A stretch of 64,000 nt of DNA from an uncultured Verrucomicrobiae bacterium. GTDB lineage: Bacteria; Verrucomicrobiota; Verrucomicrobiia; Chthoniobacterales; Chthoniobacteraceae. Shown here piece by piece: positions 57,411 to 64,000 of the stretch; within the stretch, counting starts at the first letter, position 1; the number at the start of each line of letters is the position of its first letter. The position numbers and the translations under genes are program-made. Under the pieces are notes generated by a model. It saw only the letters and a program-made list of their open reading frames with translations. It did not search any database and was not told where the DNA came from. Location of the stretch: the NCBI GenBank assembly GCA_963828525.1, contig CAWHEP010000009.1:288001-352000 (forward strand), given 5' to 3'.

Positions 57411-57896
57411 CTAGCCTTCTTTAGACGCCCGGCGGATCACGACGGCAAGGTATATGACGACCGCGATATTTATCCCAAGCACGGCCACTTTGAGGGCGGT
57501 AGCATGCTTGAAGGTTTCGTATAGCTCGATCGGGATCAATGACGCGGTCGCGAAAACCGTGAGATATTCCGCCCATCGCTTGCGCATGAAAAGACCTGTG
57601 CCTTCGGTGAGAAAGAGGGCCGAATAGAAGAAGGTGAGGGCGCTGAACTCCTTGATCTTGTGATCGTCCAAGAGTCCCGCCTTCGCGAGGATCGCAGCAA
57701 GAAAGCGGTTATTGGGATCGGATCGTGTTGCCTCTATCCAATGTTCAAGCACGTCCGCGACGTCCTTGTGGAGCAGTTTGAGCAGGCCTATCGAAACGAT
57801 GAGGAGCAGCAGCCCTTTCACCGTTTTGAAGATTGCTATGAATATGAGTCCGTTGCTGTTTCTCGGTTTGGAGGGATTTGTCATCAGTAGTAGCAC
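57411..57896 (-). CDS. DUF2127 family membrane protein
   Basis: IAIFK..KG, EG.GL...KRWAEYLT and IPIELYE; 4 TM helices. Confidence 0.8.
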   Translation of the reverse strand: MLLLMTNPSKPRNSNGLIFIAIFKTVKGLLLLIVSIGLLKLLHKDVADVLEHWIEATRSDPNNRFLAAILAKAGLLDDHKIKEFSALTFFYSALFLTEGTGLFMRKRWAEYLTVFATASLIPIELYETFKHATALKVAVLGINIAVVIYLAVVIRRASKEG

Positions 57897-57951
57897 GTAG
57901 GGCGCGGGCGATTCATCAAGAGACAGTCGAGAACGCGCGCGCAGGCGAGTT

Positions 57952-59162
57952 CTAGAGAATACCGCCGATGTGTTCGGCGGCCTGCTGGACGTCCTTGTCG
58001 CCTCGTCCTGAAAGATTGGCGATAATTAGGGTGTCTTTAGAAAGGCCAGGAGCGGCCTTCATCACGTATGCCATCGCGTGCGAGGATTCGAGCGCCGGGA
58101 TTATGCCTTCAATTCGGGAGGTTGCTTGAAACGCCTGCAACGTTTCCTGGTCGGTCGCATACTCATATTCCACCCTGCCCTTGTCGCGCAGATAACTGTG
58201 TTCAGGCCCGACGGCAGCGTAATCGAGGCCCGCCGAGATCGAATGGGTAAGCTGGATTTGGCCATCGTCGTCGGCGAGCAAGAAAGTCTTCGTGCCCTGG
58301 AGCACCCCGAGTTTCCCCCCTGGAAGCGAGCGGCATGTTTCCCAGGGAGGATTCCTTCTCCCCCAGCCTCCACTCCCACCATTCGCACTGCTTCGTCCTC
58401 AAGGAACGGGTAGAATAGCCCGATGGCGTTGCTGCCGCCACCCACGCAAGCAACAAGCAAGTCAGGCAGCCGCCCCTCGCGCTCCAGTATTTGCGCGCGC
58501 GCTTCCTCACCGATCACCCGGTGAAAATCGCGGACGATGAGGGGATAAGGATGAGAACCAAGGGCAGAACCGAGGATGTAGTGAGTGGTTCGAACATTCG
58601 TGACCCAATCGCGCATCGCCTCGTTGATCGCCTCCTTTAACGTTGCCTGCCCCGCCATGACGGGCACCACGGTTGCCCCGAGCAACTTCATCCGTATGAC
58701 GTTCAGAGCCTGACGCTCCATATCCACCTTGCCCATGTAGATGACGCACTCGCATCCAAAGCGAGCGGCAGCGGTCGCCGTCGCGACGCCATGCTGCCCG
58801 GCGCCCGTCTCCGCAATGACCCTCTTTTTACCCATGCGCCGGGCCAGAAGTATCTGACCCAAGGCGTTGTTGATTTTGTGGGCGCCCGTATGAAGAAGAT
58901 CCTCCCGCTTCAGGTAAATCTTAGCCCCCCCGAGATGGGCGGTGAGCCGCTCGGCAAAATAAAGGGGAGTGGGCCGGCCGGCAAAATCGCGGAGCAGAAG
59001 CGCGAGTTCCTCCCTAAATGTGGGATCCAGCCTGGCGAGCGCGTACTCCCCCGAGAGCTCGTTGAGCGCTGCCATGAGGGTTTCAGGAACAAACATGCCG
59101 CCGTATGCTCCGAAATGGCCGCCAGCATCAGGAACAGCGGGAGATGTCTGGGGTGTTCTCAT
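57952..59162 (-). CDS. trpB: Tryptophan synthase beta chain (frameshift in C-run 58315-58320)
   Basis: [23 protein letters not shown] and CVGGGSN; then [20 protein letters not shown] and NLSGRGDKD in the next frame. Confidence 0.95.
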
Positions 59163-59213
59163 GAGCGGTGGGCAATCTGTCTCAAACCGAGCAGAAAGTC
59201 TATCCGGGTGTAC

Positions 59214-59254
59214 AAAAATACAGCCCCCCGCGGCCGAATGGCCGCGAAGGGCTG
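59214..59254 (-). terminator. Rho-independent terminator-like hairpin upstream of trpB
   Basis: Minus strand CAGCCCTTCGCGGCC-ATTC-GGCCGCGGGGGGCTG followed by TATTTTT. Confidence 0.7.
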
Positions 59255-59363
59255 ATGTTCCCCCCAGAACAATCTTAAAAAGATGTGGATAGTATTGCGC
59301 GTTTCGACCGGAAGCGCAACAAATAAAGATTATTTTTTTTCATAGATTAACCACATTTGGCGT

Positions 59364-60515
59364 TCATACACGATACATTAGAAGTTCTAATAACTTCCGC
59401 TTGTTACTCAGCCTGCCGAGCAGTTGATCGAGCACCGCGTGAACATCCATTTGGGTGGTAACCAATTGCGCGTTTGCGTCCAGGCAGGCTGAGAACAGGT
59501 CTGTCAGTTCCTCAAGTTCGAACCGGTGCACATGGCTGGCAGCGATGCCAAACGCGAATCCGTTAACCGTTCCATCCTTCTTGCGTGGAAGGTGAGATGT
59601 CGCTTCGGAAGGCAGCCGGTTCAATGCAGAAATGAAACTGAACGGCGTAGAGGGGCGACTCAGACGATGCCGCCCCATCAGGTCCTTGGCGATCAGCAGA
59701 TTTCTCACTGTCGGCACAATGGCGACAAGGAAGATGCCAATAGCGGATTCTCCCTGAAAGAGAAGACGATCGACCAGCGCAAAGCACGCTCTCAGGTCCC
59801 TGCGAGCAAGCGCGTTGCCTAACTCAAAGATTACGCCAGCGCGGGAAAGTGGCACCAACAGGCGGACATCCTCCATTTCGATGACCCTGCGCCCGTCACC
59901 GAGGTATAGATCCAGCTTTTCGAGTTCGTTTCCGATCTGGCGACTCTCGCCTCCGGTGGAGAGGGCCAGCAACTCAAGAGCTCCGGACGCGAAGTGGAGC
60001 TTAAACGCGCCGGCGCGTTTTGAGATGGCTGATGCAGCGTCCTCTTCCCACCCGGAACGAGAGGCGTCGAGTTTGTCCAGCACCTCGACCTTTGCAACTG
60101 AACCCAGTGTCTTGTAAAAAGAGCGGCGCTTGTCGACCTCGGTAGCGCTCAGTAGAAAAGTCACGTTCTCCGGCAGGCCTTTTTTCAGCAGCTCTCCAAG
60201 CATCTCCGCGGCTTCCAACACGGACGCGGCGCGTCCCAAGACGTTATCACCGAGAAAGTTAACGTTTTTGAGCCATACAAATTTGCTGCCGAAGAATGGG
60301 AGCGTCAGCAGAGCCTCCATAGTCTGGTGGATTCTCTGGGCGGCCTGATCGGCGTTGTCCACCTGGCCGTCGATAACATCGCGTCCGAACTCTCCGGCGT
60401 CACTGGGTGAAAGCTCATCAGCAAGTTTCAGGGCGGAGGCTTTTACCTCCGACTCGTCAGTTCCGAGCACCGCGAAGAGGTTTGCTGATGGAGCGCGTTT
60501 CTTTACCGCAGCCAT
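59364..60515 (-). CDS. holA: DNA polymerase III delta subunit
   Basis: TLPFFGSKFVWLK, DKRRSFYK, NELEKLDLY and IFELGNAL. Confidence 0.85.
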   Translation of the reverse strand: MAAVKKRAPSANLFAVLGTDESEVKASALKLADELSPSDAGEFGRDVIDGQVDNADQAAQRIHQTMEALLTLPFFGSKFVWLKNVNFLGDNVLGRAASVLEAAEMLGELLKKGLPENVTFLLSATEVDKRRSFYKTLGSVAKVEVLDKLDASRSGWEEDAASAISKRAGAFKLHFASGALELLALSTGGESRQIGNELEKLDLYLGDGRRVIEMEDVRLLVPLSRAGVIFELGNALARRDLRACFALVDRLLFQGESAIGIFLVAIVPTVRNLLIAKDLMGRHRLSRPSTPFSFISALNRLPSEATSHLPRKKDGTVNGFAFGIAASHVHRFELEELTDLFSACLDANAQLVTTQMDVHAVLDQLLGRLSNKRKLLELLMYRV

Positions 60516-60540
60516 GATGTTCTCAATTCAGCGAGGGATC

Positions 60541-61428
60541 TCATCTTGTAACCTTCTCGTAACGTCTCTCGAAGTCTTCGTAGCTGGCGATTTGGGAACT
60601 GTAGACCATCAAGAGGGCCGTTTTAAACGGACTCCCATCAAGGATGGCATCGATGAAGTGGAGGAAACGATCCCGAGGCAGATCATCCATGATAAATCGC
60701 ACCAGCTTCTCAGACGTCTGGTAAAGGCGCTCCACCGCGACGGCGTCTTCCGGGTAGCGGTTCATTGCCATGAGATCATCGATCGGCATCTGGGCAAAGT
60801 TCAGGGTGTGCTGGCGGAGCTTCAGCATTTCGTTCTTCCGCGCGGCAACGCTCGCGGATCCCATGTACTCCGCAAAACCTTCACTGAGCCAGAGCGGCCA
60901 GCGCTTGTCCGGATAGAGCCGCGCGACCACAGCGTGTGTAGTCTCGTGCGCGAGCGTCTGCGAATCAAATCGACCTGTCTCACCGGACCGCCGCACGTTC
61001 AGGAAGAGCTCGTCACCCAACGCGAAGCTTCCCGTCCAGGACGGAATGTCGGTTTGGCCGAGAAATACATTCCATTCTGTTTCATCCTCGAAGACGAAGA
61101 CATGGGACCTTTTTTTATACTGCTGCGGGGTGGCTCCCAGGGTCTTCGCAATAAAACGGATGTCATACTCGATTTCGCGAGCAACTTTGCGCGCCTCCGT
61201 CACCCGGCGGTAATGTAAAATGAAGTTTTCCGTTTCCGCGTGCCTCCATTTTTTTGGAGCTATGGCGAGAGCTTTCTCGCCGTTCGGGGTCACCTCCTTA
61301 TTGGAGAGCTGATCCCAGGGCTTTTCGACCAGCGGCACTTCACCTGAGGGGTCGTCCTGCGCCGAGAGCGCAGCAGCGGGCCCCGCGAATACTGATACTG
61401 TAAGGACTGCCAGCAACAATCGCGGCAA
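60541..61428 (-). CDS. Secreted gluzincin-like metallopeptidase (peptidase MA/DUF1570-like), paralogue 2
   Basis: Signal peptide from TTG at 61428; LAHETTH...WPLWLSEGFAEY. Confidence 0.7.
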   Translation of the reverse strand: MPRLLLAVLTVSVFAGPAAALSAQDDPSGEVPLVEKPWDQLSNKEVTPNGEKALAIAPKKWRHAETENFILHYRRVTEARKVAREIEYDIRFIAKTLGATPQQYKKRSHVFVFEDETEWNVFLGQTDIPSWTGSFALGDELFLNVRRSGETGRFDSQTLAHETTHAVVARLYPDKRWPLWLSEGFAEYMGSASVAARKNEMLKLRQHTLNFAQMPIDDLMAMNRYPEDAVAVERLYQTSEKLVRFIMDDLPRDRFLHFIDAILDGSPFKTALLMVYSSQIASYEDFERRYEKVTR

Positions 61429-61429
61429 A

Positions 61430-62350
61430 CTACGGCTGCCCGGGAATCGCGAAGTGCTGTGTGGCGTATCTTTGAAATTCACTGTTGAGATCCGCTGTCC
61501 CGGCGAACCTTCCTCCATACCCTTTCCACAGCGCGGTTTCAAACCTGTTTCCCTTGCACATGCCGTCCAGGAAGGCAAGAAAGCCAGGCTTACTCTCCGC
61601 CGCGAGGAACCGCACGAGCTTTTCGGACTCGACGTAGAATGTTCTTACTTGAAGAACGTCTGAAGGGTAAGCCATGAAATTTGTCAGGGTCTCAACGGGG
61701 ATATACGTCGAGGGGAGAAGCATGGATTGGGGTCGGGACGCGGAGCCGCGCGCGCGTTCATAACTGGCGTAGGAGCGAATGGAGGCGTACTCCGCATAGC
61801 CTTCATCCAGCCAGAGGGGGCATCCCGAGCCAAAGAAGCGATGCACGACAAGGTGCGTAATCTCGTGGCCCAGAGAACGTCCTTTGAATCTGAACTCGGG
61901 GTTGCGTTGTATGAACAGGTCGCCCTTCACGTGGATGCCGCCCGTCCATGGGTCGAGGGACGCCAGTTTCTGGAACGCCGTCCAATCTTCCGGCTTCTCG
62001 AAGATATAAATGTGCGATTTCCGTTCCCATTGGCTGGTGTCTTTCTCCAGTTCCCTGGATATGACCCTATAGTAGTACTCGGCCTCCACCGAAACGGGAG
62101 TCGCAACGAACCCATGGGTGAAGTGGTAAACGAAGTTGGCGCTTTCTCCGTGTTTCCAAGTATCCGGATGGATTGAAAGCGCCGACTGGCCGAGCGCCGA
62201 GATATTCTTGTCGGACAGCCCATCCAGCGTGACTTCCGTAATACCCTGCACGCCCCGCGGATCCGCGTCCGTTTGCGCGAGGATTGGATGCGCCGCGCGA
62301 GCGAGCGTGACCGCCAAAATGCAGGCGCGCATGAAAGAAGAGAACCTCAT
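61430..62350 (-). CDS. Secreted gluzincin-like metallopeptidase, paralogue 1
   Basis: Signal peptide; LGHEITH...CPLWLDEGYAEY. Confidence 0.7.
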   Translation of the reverse strand: MRFSSFMRACILAVTLARAAHPILAQTDADPRGVQGITEVTLDGLSDKNISALGQSALSIHPDTWKHGESANFVYHFTHGFVATPVSVEAEYYYRVISRELEKDTSQWERKSHIYIFEKPEDWTAFQKLASLDPWTGGIHVKGDLFIQRNPEFRFKGRSLGHEITHLVVHRFFGSGCPLWLDEGYAEYASIRSYASYERARGSASRPQSMLLPSTYIPVETLTNFMAYPSDVLQVRTFYVESEKLVRFLAAESKPGFLAFLDGMCKGNRFETALWKGYGGRFAGTADLNSEFQRYATQHFAIPGQP

Positions 62351-62563
62351 GCGATCCCATAGAAGAATGATCCATGCCAGAGAAGGCATTAAGGAGCTTG
62401 AGCGAGTTCGCTCCAAAGCCGTAAGCTTTGCCGCAGAAGACGAAAGCAGCCTTGCCCATCTGGTTCTTCGTCCTCTCCGCTGAAGCCAAATCAACGCTCA
62501 AAGCAGAAATTTCGCGCGTAACCGCGCCTCTGTGCGTCTTGCCGTAACAACACCCCCTCCGAA

Positions 62564-64000
62564 ATGAAAACGAAACTGCTCCTTGCCTGGTCCCTCACCT
62601 TCTCAACGCTGCTTAACGCCGAAAATGAAATCGGCTTTATCGAGAAGTTCGCCCTCTCGCCGAACCGGGAAGCAGTGATGAATGAATTGATACCGGGAAG
62701 CGAGGATTACTACTTCTATCACGCGCTGCAGTATCAGAATACGAACCAGGAGGAAAAGCTTGCGGGCATCATGCGGCAGTGGGCCAAACGCTTCCCGCGA
62801 TCGGAGCAGCGACGGGTGATCGAAAATCGCTCGGCTCTTCTCAGGTATGACACTGATCCGACAGCGACGTTAAAGTTCCTGCGGGATCGCTTGCATTTGC
62901 ATTTTGATGATCAGCAGGAGACACGCAACAAGCGTCCAGATTTACCATGCACGCTGGATCAAGGGCGAGTGAGCCGCGCGGTATTTCTCCGGGAGGCGCT
63001 CCGGCGGAGCGATGATCTGAAGGAATGCTCGGATGAGACGCTGGAGAGACTGGTGAGGGACAAGACACCGCTAAGGACGGAGCAGGCGCGGGCGCTCCTG
63101 GCCCGAATAAAACGGCCAGATGTGCCAAACCTGATTGAATTGGCGGCAGAGGATCTGCAGTCGAAGGAGAGCCGCGGATTCGGAGAGTTCGACATCCACC
63201 GAGCGCTGCTGCCCGAGCAAATGGATGATCTCGCCCGCAGGATCCCATCGCTGCTTGAGAACACCGCCTTCATCACGGCTCGTATAGCGAAGATGGCGCC
63301 GGGCGCGGACGCGGACGCGGAGTTCGACCCCGCCGAGCGAGTGGCTTGGCTTGAGCGAGTATGGAGCTACACGAGCAAGCTGCCTCCCGCCTTCAACTCT
63401 CTCAAGGCGAATATATTATACCAGCGGTTGAAGCATGACCAGGGGCTGGGTGTTTACGATGAGAACAGGTTCCTGGAATACCTGAAGCTCCCCCGCCCAG
63501 AAGGGTATATGAACCCAAAGTATCTGATGGGGCATGAGCGAAACACGGTAGATCTGAATACAGACTATACGGGCGCAATGAGCACGGCCGTCCCGATTGG
63601 TGACGACGAGCGGCTTGCGCGCGATTTTTTCCTCCACATCTTCGAGAAAGCGGACGGAACCGCCGACCCGGCTGAAGTGCTGAAGCCCTGGACGCCGTAC
63701 GCTCGCGAGAGCTGGCTGCGACCGATCCTGGCGGAGGCCATGATCACAAATGGAAAGGGCGAACCTGAACGGTGGGCTTCGCTGCTTTCGCCCAGCGCTT
63801 TCCAGGCTCTGAAAGATCGGGTGGATGTAGACTTCGCCGCGACAAACCCACAGTTCTGCGCGCCAGCGGACGGGGTGAAGATCGATGTTTCCGTGAAGAA
63901 CGCGCCCAAGCTTATTGTAAGAGTTTACGAGATAAACACCCTCTCGTATTTCCTGACGCAAAAGCGCCAACTGAACACGGATCTGCAGTTGGACGGGCTC
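62564..64000 (+). CDS. Large secreted hypothetical protein, 3' truncated by window edge
   Basis: ATG at 62564 reads MKTKLLLAWSLTFSTLLNA-ENEIGFIEKFALS...IPGSEDYYFYH. The last codons of the window are in the same frame. It is absent from the ORF track, consistent with no stop codon before 64000. Confidence 0.8.
   Translation, partial: MKTKLLLAWSLTFSTLLNAENEIGFIEKFALSPNREAVMNELIPGSEDYYFYHALQYQNTNQEEKLAGIMRQWAKRFPRSEQRRVIENRSALLRYDTDPTATLKFLRDRLHLHFDDQQETRNKRPDLPCTLDQGRVSRAVFLREALRRSDDLKECSDETLERLVRDKTPLRTEQARALLARIKRPDVPNLIELAAEDLQSKESRGFGEFDIHRALLPEQMDDLARRIPSLLENTAFITARIAKMAPGADADAEFDPAERVAWLERVWSYTSKLPPAFNSLKANILYQRLKHDQGLGVYDENRFLEYLKLPRPEGYMNPKYLMGHERNTVDLNTDYTGAMSTAVPIGDDERLARDFFLHIFEKADGTADPAEVLKPWTPYARESWLRPILAEAMITNGKGEPERWASLLSPSAFQALKDRVDVDFAATNPQFCAPADGVKIDVSVKNAPKLIVRVYEINTLSYFLTQKRQLNTDLQLDGL

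Noticed and set aside
59330..59356. MWLIYEKK* as a classical trp leader peptide
   Set aside because: Single Trp codon, no clear RBS and no evident antiterminator. Kept only as a note in the sRNA/leader finding.
62518..62540. GTAACC...CGTC as an ECF sigma promoter
   Set aside because: The spacer is shorter than the usual ~16 nt; insufficient support.
1..64000. CRISPR arrays, IS elements, integrases, rRNA/tRNA
   Set aside because: No spaced repeats, transposase or integrase motifs, or structural RNA signatures seen by eye. A covariance-model scan could still find short RNAs.

Overview
A GC-rich bacterial chromosome segment, probably Verrucomicrobiota (Chthoniobacterales-like). This is inferred from the MurC-MurB fusion, a full dcw cluster with ftsZ and a LysM gene, and exosortase-associated families. 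(1) 1-10.2 kb is an exopolysaccharide locus: two Wza/SLBB export proteins, a GT4, uridine kinase, a priming sugar transferase, an odd mosaic protein, a Pol-beta-like nucleotidyltransferase and an alkaline-phosphatase-family enzyme. Embedded in it is a partner-switching module: a STAS protein, an RsbW-kinase/GAF/PP2C fusion and a single-domain receiver. (2) 11.5-13.5 kb is a decayed patch: a truncated acyltransferase, a GC-rich Tat-exported TIM-barrel gene and an eda fragment. (3) Next come an AttH/AttFG-like pair, glnD, nadE, pilMNO(P), an Lrp-aminotransferase pair, a DD-carboxypeptidase and a CNNM pair. (4) The full mraZ-to-ftsZ dcw cluster follows, with MraZ-box-like repeats at its promoter. 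(5) The end carries glycerate kinase, an amidase, murI, a NUDIX hydrolase, a GhoS-like gene, trpB, holA, two tandem gluzincin paralogues and the start of a large secreted protein. Single-base frameshifts in essential genes (ftsZ, murF) point to uncorrected sequencing indels. I saw no rRNA, tRNA, CRISPR array or transposase. The best novelty candidates are the Syp-like partner-switch EPS locus with its possible pseudo-enzyme, and a possible small RNA or leader between holA and trpB. All family calls come from motif recognition by eye, not database searches.
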